This document shows positions 49,044-62,189 of a stretch of DNA of 64,000 nucleotides, one piece after another (position 1 is the first letter of the stretch; every line of letters begins with the position of its first letter). A program made the translations under genes and the position numbers. The notes under the pieces are model-generated. The model saw only the letters and a program-made list of their open reading frames with translations. It made no database searches and was not told the DNA's origin. The DNA lies in contig JAAOMT010000659.1 in the NCBI GenBank assembly GCA_016748015.1, forward strand, positions 499,222-563,221, in the 5' to 3' direction. The stretch is from Geosiphon pyriformis uo1. Lineage: Eukaryota; Fungi; Glomeromycota.

Positions 49044-50856
49044 TTAGGATAAATTGATAGATCCAATAGATCTATATTCTTTTTCATTAGAACCACCCAT
49101 CTGACAAATATGGAGTTTATCTATTAGACATGTGCCGAAATCAATTTGACCGAAATTTTCAAGAATCGGTAGGGCGGAGAATGTATTTCGAGATGAAGAT
49201 TTGTTACCACCTCCTCGACTCTTATCCGAAAAGCTCGTTTTGATCAGAGTTACGTGAAGCTCAAGTTATTAGAAAATGATATTAAAATGTATCCCAATTA
49301 AAAAGTCGTTTCCTCTTCCAGAAAAAAAACAGTTTATTAAGAAATTTAGTAGTTACCTTCATGGGTCTATTTTCATTCTTGTAATACCCGGCTTTCGTAA
49401 ATTTTTCCTTCAAAAATTCTGGTTAATAAAATCAGACTTGGTTAATAATTCACTTGAGCAAGTTCTTGGGAAAATATTTTACTCTTATTCCAAAACACTT
49501 ACCATATAAACTCTTTAAAACTTCTTGATCTTCAGGCTCTTCAACTCTCGCATATAAAGTCTGGGCCTTGGCTATTTTTAACGAAACAATAAAATTTATA
49601 AAAACACATTATCAAATTCAATTCCTCGTTCAATTTCAAAAAGTTTTAACTCCTTCACTTTGTTCCTCTTCCATGACAGACAATCCAGACAACTTGGCCA
49701 GCACTGGCTTGGTACCGATCAGATCAGAAATTTCTGTCGACAAATCTTTCAATAATCGAACAGCACCTTCAACCTCTTCTTGTCGATACAGCCTCAAAGT
49801 GCCAAGTGTGATATGAAGCCTTACTGGTCGAATCAGGGTGGATCGGTAGATATCAGATAACGACATCGACATGATACCCGAATGGAAGGCATTAATTTTT
49901 TCATTAACGCGTGGGTCGGCAATTGGTAAGGATAGGAAATAGTTTGGCGGTAATTTTGGAGTAGACTTGAAAATGAGATTAAATTTTTTAAAAATTTAAA
50001 AATTCAAATGAAAAAACAATGAAATTGAAAATTCATAAGGTATAACTTACCACTTTTACAATATCTTGGAGCCGATTTTTGGCCAATTCCACGCTCTTAG
50101 ACGTTCCTTTAATGACTGTGGGGAAAAAGTGAGGTTAATATTTTTCAGGTTAGGTTTCCATAAAAAAGTTTGTCCCCTTAAAAAATACCAATTATATTCG
50201 CTCCACGTGTACATTTTATATTTGTCGAGGTTTCACGTTGAATGGCGTTCAATGAACTACCCCCTTTTCCTATAGATTCAAAATCAAAGAAAATCCAAAA
50301 AGGAATAAAACCTTTAACAGTTCGACGATATATCATCAATCGTTACCAATAATGAACTTGTGATAGATTTGAGGGATGTTAAGTTCAAGGGTGTTATATT
50401 CCTCTTGAGTTTTATTATTATCCGGGGGTGCTGGTTTTTTAAGTTGATCCTCTGGAAAGCTGGAATTCTTTGAAGGAGCTTCTAAATGTAACGTTTTCAA
50501 TGGAAAGTTTGACAAATTTTCAACTCTTCAAGAAACGAAACGAGCCTTAATAAAAATTTACCAACAAAAATTTCAGTAGTCTTCTCTTTGAGAAAACTTT
50601 CTGGGATTGTTTGAGTTGGTAATCGATAAGTTCGATTATTTATTGTAACCACAGTTATGCCTTCCATACATTGGCCTTTGAGAACGATTGTGTTTGAAGA
50701 TGAACTGGACTTTATATTGGCAGTTGGAGTCGAGTCTTTTACACTCATGTATATGGTTTTAAAAAGATTTATTTGTAAAATTTTATTCAAGTTTGAATTA
50801 AACAGTGAGAAGTGTTTGTCCGAGTGGGCAAGTGGTGGTTTCACAAGAGCAAACAT
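49044..50856 (-). CDS. ASCC1: Activating signal cointegrator 1 complex subunit 1-like (KH domain + 2H phosphoesterase/AKAP7-like), multi-exon
   Basis: Spliced reconstruction with GT-AG introns gives LNIPQIYHKFIIGKGGSSLNAIQRET (KH GxxG), NYFLSLPI, LHITLG and LHVTL (two HxT motifs), stop at 49044. Start is 50856 or 50748. Confidence 0.85.
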
Positions 50857-51558
50857 AGATTATAATTAAACCAAGGTTTAAAAATTTTCGAAAACTTCAA
50901 CCTTGAAAACAATATCATATATGTTTATTTGATCAAAAAGTAAAATTTTCAGATAATAACCCTAACTAATAAACTTGATAAATTACAATTTTCAAAAAAA
51001 AGCAAAAAAAGGAAAAATAAAAATTGCGAAGTATGTTATGTACAAAAAAGTTTATAAATGATAAATATGGACAGGTTTCCCAAGGTTTCCGGGTACAAAA
51101 GTGGTTGTAATGTTTTTGAGGGAAAACAATGAGCGAGTCAAGCTCTTTGGAGCAAAGCAAGACTTGAGTGATTGTGAGTGAGTAAATTTCTAAAACTATA
51201 ATTGTGTAGAACTCTATACAAGACACTCCATGAATTTAAGTCAGGTATAACTATGCAAGCTTTGACGCCCAAAATTGAAAAAGTTTAGAACTTTAGTCTC
51301 TTAAATTTTAGGAGGGTTACTGTGATAGATGAATTATACTTTTGAAAATGAAGGGTATACGCAGTTTTGAACAATGAAAGAAGATTTACTATCTTTTGGG
51401 TAAAAAAAACCATATGCAAATGAACAATTTGTTGTTGACTTTATATCCAGACTGTTTTATATTTGTTCCGAGTAATGGTAGCAATGGGATGTTATAATTT
51501 TGTACCTCGGAAATTAGGAAATTGGCAATGACACACAAGTTTCATCGGTCGAGAGAAG

Positions 51559-52256
51559 TTACAAACCGAATTGAACATGTTCCTATTATGAAAGGAAGCA
51601 AGAAATTTGTATTAGAATCCATATCTGGAACGGGGGGGGGGGTGATAATCTCTAAATTCTCTATAAAAAAATAAAATTTCAGTAATTACCATTGCCACTT
51701 GAACGGAGGAGTCTTCCCGACCACCGGCCTCCCAAAAGCGAGCAGTAGGAATTCGATAAGCAGTAGCACCTGAGTCAATTTTATCATTATTCACGTTTTC
51801 ACCGCCAAAAGGAAAGACTCGTGAGGAAGGAAGGGTATATCGCCGAGTTGGAATATGCCTTCCTTGGAGACTTGCTTCAGCTACCGACTCTGAGGCACGA
51901 CGATGAGGATTAAAAGTAGAAATATCGTGTTCTTTGAATGCAACATTTTTAGTTTTATTATTATTATTGTTGTTATTGTTGTTGTTGTTATTGTTTGGAT
52001 TTGAAGTAGTGAGGAAAGGAGGGAGAAGGAAAGAAGCAAAGCTGGTTGGTGAGAGGGATAATGGACTTTCGCTATTGCTACTGCTACTAAGACTATTATT
52101 GCTGTTATCAACCAATGAGTTTGAGCGTATGCGAAGAGCATGACTATGATGTTCTGTTCCCACAGAGTTATTGCTAGTGTTGTCTTGTTCGAAACTGTTG
52201 TGAACAGTAGAAAACCCCATAAGTGAGATAAGTGTTTCGCCTAAACGTGACGGCAT
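51559..52256 (-). CDS. Hypothetical Ser/Asn-rich low-complexity protein
   Basis: 214-aa CpG-retaining ORF with RRASE/RRYT kinase-site-like motifs. A probable intron after VQVAM gives the terminal exon EHVQFGL* (stop 51559); the unspliced stop is at 51612. Confidence 0.6.
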
Positions 52257-55200
52257 GGTAGTAGTAGTAGTAGTAGTGGTGGTGGTGGTGGTATTAAAAA
52301 CTTGTAAAGGGGAGAGGGGCCTTTTTTTGTTTTTTCAAGAACGAACTCAAAAGAATATATACAAATTCAAAAATTGGAAAAGAAAAAAATTTACAAGTGA
52401 AAAATGGTATTGATGGTGATAGATATACAAAACGAAATAATCAAGAAAAAAAAAGACTGTTTATAAGAAGTTGAGTCGTCGTTGAGACAAGAGTCAATCT
52501 TGGAAAGACGGCGAGTCAAGAAAAAAAAATAATACTTTTAACTGAACCGTGTGAATTATATTAATTATATGGTATATAGTTGAAAAAAATATTTATCAAT
52601 ACGAATATGTCGTAAATATGATTTGTGCAAAGTGAGCAAAAGCGATAGAATAATAGTAGTAACAGTAAGTGATGGATGAATGGATGGAATGGATATTTAT
52701 CAGTCGTTTATTGTAAAAATGATATTAATCCAAGACAAAATTTATTAATTATTAGTGAAATGTTCTTTTTATTTCGTGCCAGAGAGCGAAAAAAATACTT
52801 GCAATACAAGAAGAAGAAGAAGAAGAAGATAAAAGAGAGTGAGATTGGGAAGGTGGGTTAACCAGAAATTTTTACGACAAACGGACCTTGCTTTTATAAT
52901 AATTAAGCAAAAATATCAAATGAACAGGAAAAGATTGTTGTGCATTATTTTACGTTATCTATTAGTATTATGTTAGTTTGTGAGCAGATTAAAAAATAAT
53001 TGCATATTACACCTCCAACAACAACAACAACCGACCTGAAAGGACAAAGCCTGTTAACAAAAGACCAGCTGACCATTTGACCATTAAATTTTAGGTTGGG
53101 GATTTTTAATTTTCAAAGTTTCATTTTGGTGGGAAATTATTTGAACGCGATTTAGTAGGGAAATAGGAAATGTGAATATTGTTATACGTAGTACAAGATG
53201 GTGTGCGTGGGAGCAATAATAGTCTACAATGAATGAATGAATGAATGATCAGATAACTTTATAATATATATATATATATATATATATAAAAGACTAAAAA
53301 CATTAATTCATTTTCATTATTTCTTAATAGAAAAATGATTTTTGGAAAACCAAAACCCGTTGACAAGATTATGCTAAAGGCTGCAAAAAATGTCAGCAAA
53401 TAGATCTTGTTTAAACTTTTTTGTACGTCATGAAGCATTATCTATATTTAATACTAATAATAATATCACGAATTGAATTTCCTAACTCATCATTGAACGA
53501 AAGATTTATCTTTTATCATTAGTTCAATTGCATAAATCTCTCGTGGGAGAAAATAAGACTTTTCTGGTCAGAACAGTTAAACATTATCGAAGTTAGAATA
53601 TAATGCAGAGTGGCGAATGAAGAAAAAATATTCCCAAAGCAGAAATTGCATGATGAAAGAAACAAGCGAAAGGTTAATATATCTTTTTTTTCCCTTAGCT
53701 AGCCGCTTTTGGCCAAATGAAATTTAAAAAAGATCGTTTTGAATATCTCATTTTTTGACATTTGAGAAAAATAAAATAAAAAAAACTTTTTTTTATTTGA
53801 CGAGGCAGAAAAAAATGTAATCATAAATAATAAATAACAAAAAATTAATCATCATCATCATCATCATCACCACCACACAACATGAAAAAGTTACTTATGG
53901 TGTTATGGTTCACCGCAGAATACAATACACACCTTTAAATACTTACGACAAACCACAAGTGAATGTTGTATAACGTTAAAGCGATCTTTCAAAGGATTTC
54001 CCATTGTAGAAAAAGTAAGGCAAAAAAGTGGAGAAGTAAGACTGCTTATTTTAAGATCACGTGTCGTCACATTTTGAGTTACCTTGTACTGCAAAAGGTA
54101 ATTAAGAGTGTACAATAAAGAAATTGGTAAAAAAAATATTTCGGAGATGACCAAATTGTTTATTGTGAAAGAAATACAGAAAATTGGTTCAAATTTTTTT
54201 GATGATCGTTACTTTTTAAGGTAAATTGTAGGGTGAGCATAGATTAGTTTATCGCCACAAAAAATGTTCCCACATTTTAAATAGGGAATCACCCAAAACC
54301 TGTGTTACATTTTTTTCCCATTGTCCTAAATGAAACATGGATGAAGGACATTATGCGCTACCAGATATCCCCAGAAAACGAGTTAAACCTCCTTTTGATC
54401 ATATGATTTCTTTATTTGTGCAAAGATTTTCCCCAATAGGATCATCAAAGCTGATGAGAAATATTACATGTCTGTCTTTCTTGGGCGAATTAAAGTCAGA
54501 AAGTGAGATCATTGAAATTTCCCCAATAATAATAATAATAATAATAGCGCCATAATCCCGCTGGGATTTCTAGTAAATTCTGGAAATTTCACATGCTTGA
54601 ATCTAAGAAGGTTCTTCGGTTCGAGTCCTTTAGGATTTCTCACGATTATCGTCAACTTAGTAGTAGACAAATTGGGTCTATTCTTGAAATTATTTTCTAC
54701 ACAATCTTGGCCAAGTTTCTTTTGCTTGGAATTCAAAAGTGAAATAATAATAACAACTTTAATCTTTTGCTTCTTTAAAAAATTCCCATTGATTTCCAAA
54801 GAAAAGATTTGCAGTAGTTTGGTTTCTCCCACACACATATTTTTCCTCATTTTCATGTGATTACTTTTCGAAAAATCACACAAATCTTTTGGAATCTTCC
54901 AGAACCGAACGAAAGAAAAGAAAAGAATCATGCTTGATAACAAATATATCATTTCAGATGTCTTTTTACTGATAAGCTGCAGGTTTCAATTTGCGATTTT
55001 GAAATTACATGAATGAAACAATTTTCTTAATAGTTCATTAATTGAATTTATTAAAATTATCGGTTAAAAAAATAAAGTTTTATAAAAATTCAATTTTAAA
55101 AAAGTAATATAAATTAAAGTTTTGGCTTTTAATGTCATTAAATAGCTTATTATATATATTAATGCTTTGTTTCTTTTTTTATTTTTATTTATTATTAATT

Positions 55201-56010
55201 AAATGTAAAAATAATATATATAATTAAAATTTTATTATTATTTTATTCATTATAATTATTTATATGTAAAATAATAATAATAATAATAAGTTAAAATAAA
55301 AACATATAATAATTTTTTAAAGTTTTAAACATAATTTTTATATTATATATTAAATAAATTATTAATTGTGCGCATATTTAATCATAAACACAAATATTAA
55401 TTAATTATTAAAAAATTAAAATTATTCCAAAAATATTAATAATTAAAATTTTATATGTTAAAAAAATATTAAAATAATAATTTTTATTATTTTCTACTGA
55501 ATTTTTATCAAGATCAGTTTTTATATATATTATGAATAAGTTTTCCATTCTTCAAAAATTTTAAAAAAATTTATTGAAATATCAAAAAATCACTAAAGAT
55601 ATTTCACCTAATTAATGATAGCCAATGATCTTGGAAACAAAAATAAAGTTTTTCTATGTTTAATCATTCCAAATATTGGGAAATTTCAATTTGTGCGAGG
55701 GAAAATTGAAAAATTAATAGAACTTGTACTCTCATCGACATCTTTTTTTACCATAAAAACTAACAAATATTTGCCATGCAAATTTTCGAGTGACGGAATT
55801 ATGAGAAATTAATCCGAAACTCATCTATAAAAAAGTATCCCAAATTTCCCCTCCCCCCCCCCTCAAAAAAAAATTTGAATTTGCCAAACATCTTGTGCTG
55901 AATCAAAAAATACCATGGTTTAATAGCGACTGAGTTTTATCAAAAAAGTTTGAAATTCTTTCAAAAAATATTTTCTATCCTTGGTTTATTCTTACATGAA
56001 CTTTCAACTC

Positions 56011-56084
56011 GTAAGTAACGACTAATTGTAATTCAAAGTAACGACTAATTGTAAGTAATGACTAATTGTAAGCAACCACTAATT
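56011..56084. repeat. 17-bp tandem repeat, 4 copies (GTAAGTAACGACTAATT)
   Basis: Units start at 56011, 56028 (with insertion), 56051 and 56068. Confidence 0.8.
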
Positions 56085-57062
56085 ATACGTAACATGCAGC
56101 AGAGGAAGAATGAACAAATCTTTAGATTGTAGCCTTGTTAATCAAAATTCCTTTTAATGTTTTTAGGTTTGTTTGTGGCAAAAAATAATCCCCAAAGTGC
56201 ATGTTAGCTGACTGTTTCTTTGTGTAGCAGTCTTTTAAACAGATTGAGAAAATTATGTATATGCAATCTGGGTAAAATCCTTACAAAATGCATGTATCTT
56301 TTATTCAATTGCTTCGTTGAAGATGTTCAACTTTTTAAAAAAAAAATAAAAATCTAACCTTTTTGAATACCATAAAAAATGTCGGAAATTTCACAACGCG
56401 TTAATGTCGAACTAAAACGTCAGTTTTCGATAACAGATAAAAAAATTTACCAGATTTTCCTATGATTAAACGAAATTATCATTTAATCATCAATAAAGAT
56501 CGCGATCCTGTAACTTGTTATTAAATAGTTTCCTTCTCTTTGCGTGCAGAAACACTGTGATGCGTGCATCGTCTGTACTTATTTTTTTGTTTTTTTTTTT
56601 TTGGACTTAATATCTCCATTCTTATTTGATTTCATAGTACTTGAAACATTTTTTTTAAATTCCTCTCTTTCTTTGTATAATCCACATACAAATTTTATTC
56701 TGAAAAACTTCAGAGTTTTATCAGTCCTACATTATCTTTGCCTTTTTAAAGCGAAAGTCGTTTAGAACCCGGTTCCTCCTTCCTATTCATCCTTTGTGTG
56801 TCACGACTCGCTTCTATTTTCTTCTTTGCTCTGCCATCTCTTTACAAATTATTAAATATTTCGCTTTTAAAAGCTTTTTGTCTGAACAGTGGTTATAGAG
56901 CTACCTTAAAATTTTCCTTTGGCTTCAGTCTTATTTAAATACACCAGCAAAGGTTTATCTATTGTTGTTGATGTTTGAAACTTTAACACGGGTTTCCTGA
57001 TAAACCAAAAAATAAAACCCTATCCTTTACAAAATCAAAAGTAGTGGCCTTGGAAAAAATTC

Positions 57063-60000
57063 ATGATAATGACAACTGCCTCTGCACCTGCAGTTCCTAT
57101 CGAACATGGGGATCCTTTTATTCGACATACCAAAAATAGGATCGCCTCACTATCAAGTAAAAATAAAGAGGTAAGATCAAATTGCTATATCACTAAAATG
57201 CCCTGGGAAGACTTGGAGGCTTGTTGTTTACTATTTTGAGCGTTGAATTTGTGTCTCTTGTCTCGAGAAGGAATGAAATTTAAAATTGATGGTCTTTTTT
57301 TTTTTTGACAAAATATATATGTTAAACCAACTTCCCATAGATATTAGATGACTTGAATAAGTTATCCCAAAAGCAGTCTCAAGCACTTTCTGCAATAAAT
57401 AGTCAGCTAGAAACAATATCGCCACATTTAGAAGGTGGAGAGAATCATATCGATAATTTGGTTAACGGCTTAAAATTCAAATCACGCCGAAATAGCTTTC
57501 AGCGACAAAACTCGTCTCTTCTACGCGTAGATTTATCTGCCAATACAAAAAATCTTTATGATTCTCCAGAGGAAAATTTTGAAGAAATTTCCTCCAACAC
57601 TAGGTCTGCAAAAAATAAAACGGTTCACAATAAAGATTCAAAATCGGAATTGAATTTTAATGGACGTGAATTGGATTGGAAATATCTATCCGCTGAAACT
57701 AATAATTCCGAATCGGAAAACGCCAACGAGAATTTTAGTAATCTCGAAGAAAAAGAAGGTAGTGGTGATGATGATGATGATGATGATGGTGATGATGCTG
57801 CTGATGATTTAGATGTTCTTGGACGTAGAAAAAATTCACGTCATCCAACATTAACCATTAATATGAAAACAACGGTGCCACCGAATCGACGTCTATTAAC
57901 CCCAGAAGCATCAGATTCAGATTCAGATTTTGATCTTTCAAATTCTCATATTGCTTTTTCACCATCATTATTTGGTGGTAAAAATTCTGTACGTATTCGT
58001 GCTAGGACCATGTCTGAATCAGGTGTTGGAATCAGTGGTAGACGTCATGGTTCGTCAAACATAATCTTCTCTTCAGTTGATGAAGTAATTGAAGAAGAAG
58101 CTGGATTATTATCAGACGCTGCAGATTTACCCCAGATGAATGGAGGGTTCAATAAAAATGATGGCCGTTTATTAGGGAAAACCTCAACATTGCTCAATGA
58201 TAGAAACCACAGTTCAACCAAAGAGTTTTTGGATAGTTACACAACTGGAAGAAATAACTCCAAAGTAAATAAAATAACTCACCGTGGATCAGATGAATCA
58301 TCATATAATGGAGGGGAGATTGTTGATGATAATATTAGTATACGTTCTGATAACTCTTTACTTGAAGAATTGGGTGCTTTAAAAACACGAATCAAAAAAT
58401 TGGAAAATGAGCGATCAGACATGGATGATGGTAAATTGTATGAATTTTGTAGCTAGAAGCAAATGGTCTTTTAAACTGTTAATATCGATTAAATTATTTT
58501 TACCTTTACTTTTCTAACAGCCGCTTCCATTAATCAACGTCTTGCTCGCCGACGCCAACCACAAAATGCTAATACGATTGAATCTTCTAGCCTTATTTCA
58601 CCTGGCGGTAGTTCAGCAGGTGGATCTAGTTCAACTACTTCACTCCATCATTCTTTTGCCTTAACAGTACAGCATCAAAAGCATCTACAAAATGCTTTCG
58701 AGTTTTTTGAAAAATCATTTACAATGACAAAAGTACCTGTTGATGATGGTTCACCACCACCTTCTCACTCCATGGCAATGGTTGTATCGGCTGCACAACA
58801 ATTAAATTTTAAATTACGCGGACTTCTGTCTCAGACAGAATCAGATCGACAATTTCCTGAATGGACAATCAAAGAATTGCTTAAAACAAGTGATGAACAA
58901 ATTCGTAGTTTAACAGAATGTCTCTTGGCATTACCAACATTGGTACCAAGCCAGACATCATTATCATCATCATCATCATCATCATCATCAAGAAGAATGG
59001 CAGGGGAGCGAGAATATCAACAAAATTCAAGGCACTTGCAAAGTTCTCATGACACAACACGCCTAAGAATACCAACCAATGTTAGTAGATCAGCTAGATC
59101 AGTTTCTCCTGTCTCCACATCATCTAGAACGGATGGCCATTTGTCACTAAAAGAATCCAATTTGACAATCGAGCCTTCCATGCAAAGAATATCCCAAAAT
59201 TTACCAAACGATCAATCGTCCTCTAATCATTCCTATTATGGTGCTGCAAGAAATTCACGTCAAAGTAATATTACCCGGAATTCAATGTCTCAACAACCAC
59301 GCTTAGCTTCTGAACATGTAAGCGATTTGCTATCCACAAATTCACGAATACACCAGAATCAAGGACGACCAAGACGGTCTTCTGGTGGCTCTCATGAATC
59401 TCAAGGATCATTTTCTGGAACTCTTCCATCATCATCACCTTCACCGCCCCCTCACTCATTACCTTCGCCGAATAATGCCAATCATCAAGAACAACCTTAT
59501 TCAAATATAAACCCTTTGCTTGATCGTGATCGAAGATTTACACATCGCTACAGTATTTCTTCAACGACTGGCTATACTAATGTTTCATCTCCTATCACAG
59601 CTCAATCAAGAATAGCTTCACGAGTTCCATCTTCCCTGGTTCGAAAAGAAGAGCCCTCATCTAGCTCCTTTCAACATGGATATCACGCGCAGCTTAATTT
59701 AGAGATGCCTTCCAGCAACGAAACACCAGTAACAAGGGCTCAAACACGTACACAAGATTATACGCGCCGCTATCAATATGAAGGCGCTCATCCAGAATAT
59801 GAGAGGCGGTATGAGCGACGAACTGTTGGTAATGAGGGACTAGAAAATGGTCATGGCAACTCTTATTTTTCCAAGGATAGCGTTTTGGAAAGGCAATACG
59901 TTAATAGAAATCACAATTTTGGCTCATCAAAATACGACACTGGTGATGACGGTCAAGAATTGAGAAGAAGCCTGTCAAACAGTAGCACCGCTTCTTTCCA

Positions 60001-60175
60001 AAAAAGAACGCTGACACCGCCAGAAACTGAGGTCGAAAATAATGGTGATATTAGGAATGAAACTAACAACGTGAATGATAGAGATATGGGTCATGGTGAT
60101 AGGGGAAGTGAAGGAGGTGAAACCCCTGGTCATCCCAACGGAACAGATAGTGTTGAAAATCAATGCTATTTATAG
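57063..60175 (+). CDS. ~950-aa largely disordered coiled-coil protein, putative Mto2/Spa18-like MTOC factor; exons 57063-57170, 57341-58430, 58521-60175
   Basis: GT-AG introns keep the frame. Blocks LLEELGALKTRIKKLE, HQKHLQNAF and SDEQIRSLTECLLAL resemble, from recall and not from a search, conserved blocks of fungal Mto2/Spa18-type proteins. Confidence 0.75.
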
Positions 60176-61629
60176 TTTTGAATGTTCATTACTAAAAGAC
60201 ATTTGGATATTGGAATTATGGGTTTAATATTTTTTCTTGCGGGCAAGCTGGTCTTGAGATTCACTATTGGAACATTCTCTTACACATTTTATGATTTTAT
60301 TTCACTGTAGATATTTTCTTTGTTCATCCTCCCTATCCTTCTTTTCTCTCCTTTGCTACAGTACATTTTCTATTATTGATATGTTTCAATACGTAGAGCC
60401 TTACCTTTGTAAGGATTATGTACACAACTATAAAGCAGCAGCTGCATATCTTCAAAAAGCCAACCATATATTTTCGAGAATATGATTATGTTATCTGCTT
60501 CGCTTATTACTTTACCTTTTTTCATTCATCATCCTATCAGTTAATTCATATACCACACGCTATTTTAACATAAAATTATCCCCTTATTTCTCCTCAAACC
60601 ATGCAAAATGAAATAGGCTAAAAACCTTGTTATTTATAAACGAAATAAAATTACTTCATGCTGTATAATAGGGATGTTTGGATGCCTCAAAAATATTGAA
60701 GAACCAGAGCTCAAATATACTTTGATTTAGTACTGTGAAATAATTAAAATTATTGAATACACGATAATCTAAATCATGACTTCCCATATGCTTTATCACA
60801 ATTCATTTCTCATTTTTCGACGGCCGGCTTTAGCTTTTTTTTTGCTGTTTTGTCATTTTCCGTTTATTTTCTCAGCTTCATTTATCGCTGCTAATTTCGC
60901 CCTCGTAGCTTGTGACTTGATATATCTCTACCAGATATTCCATGATTAATGCTACGAGAAGAGTGATCAATTGAGGCACATTTCTTATTAGGATGATATC
61001 TAAAGCAGTAATCGTTAACTTGTATTTATAATCTTATTTTGGATAAAAAACAGGGTTTTCTTTTTGACATATCTTGGTTTTTGGAAGAATTTCGTGGCTC
61101 TTTGGTTTTGAATATTTGGACACAATGGGATTTATATAAACTGACAAATAATAATATTTGAATAAAAAATGTTGTTATAGATTGAAGTAACAAGCTAATA
61201 GATAGCAAAAGAGAACAGTATTGTATGATAATGAAATTAATAAAAGAGTAATTCAATCTTTAAAGAGTAAATTGAATTGGTAAGGATTCAATGTGTAAGA
61301 TCAGTTTCATAAATATTTCAGTTGCTATTCTTTCCAAAAATAACAAAAGAATCTGAAGGTAAAAGGATAATCTGTATTGTTAACAAAAAATACACACTAG
61401 TATAATTTTATGTTTTATATTAGCACTCTTTGTATTCAATATTAGGTATTAGTTGTACTTTTTAATAAACATTTATTCAATAATCTTTAAGATTAACAGT
61501 TTATATAAATTAAAAAAGAATAAAATATGTAAATACCAACAAGTAATTTTTTATTTACAAATGTTTAGATATTTAAAGAAATTGAGAAAAAAAAATAAGC
61601 AATATGAAAAAATTGAATATTTAAAAATT

Positions 61630-61850
61630 TTTTGATTTTTTTGATTTTTTACATGTTTTTTTATAGCTAAAAAACTTATTACTTATATATCTATTTAAAA
61701 TAAATCAATAATTAAATTAATAATTAGATCAATAACCAGATTATTGATTAAATTAATAATTATTATCTGAAAATAAAGTGGCTAATTATATAATATTAAT
61801 AATTAATACATGTAATAATTAATAAAATTTATGATTTTTAATCATAAAAA
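61630..61850 (+). repeat. Second copy of the AT-rich dispersed repeat
   Basis: Matches 47700-47920. Confidence 0.6.
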
Positions 61851-62189
61851 TATTATAAATTTTTTTAATCACATATTTTTTGTTTGTATTTTTATAATTA
61901 CAATTAGAATAAAAAGTAAAAAAACAATTTTTATTTTTTTTATAGTTTTTACTAATGTAATTATTTTAAAAAATTTTTTTTAAATAACTAATTAATATTA
62001 GTTTTAATAATAATAAAGCTTAAATAGCCAAAAAAGCCAAAAAAACAATTTATTTATTTATGTAATAAATAAAACTTAATTATTATTTAGTATAAATCAA
62101 AAACCAAATATTTTAAAATTAAATATAACTTATATATTATTTACATATAATTAATTACTTAAACTAATTAAAATTATAATTTAATTACA

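Noticed and set aside
53903-54952. Short ORFs in the intergenic part of the gene island
   Set aside because: No recognisable domain and no coherent exon chain could be built; they may be UTR or non-coding exons.
55030-55620. Extremely AT-rich block inside the gene island
   Set aside because: It may be a fully eroded TE, but no termini or motifs are recoverable.
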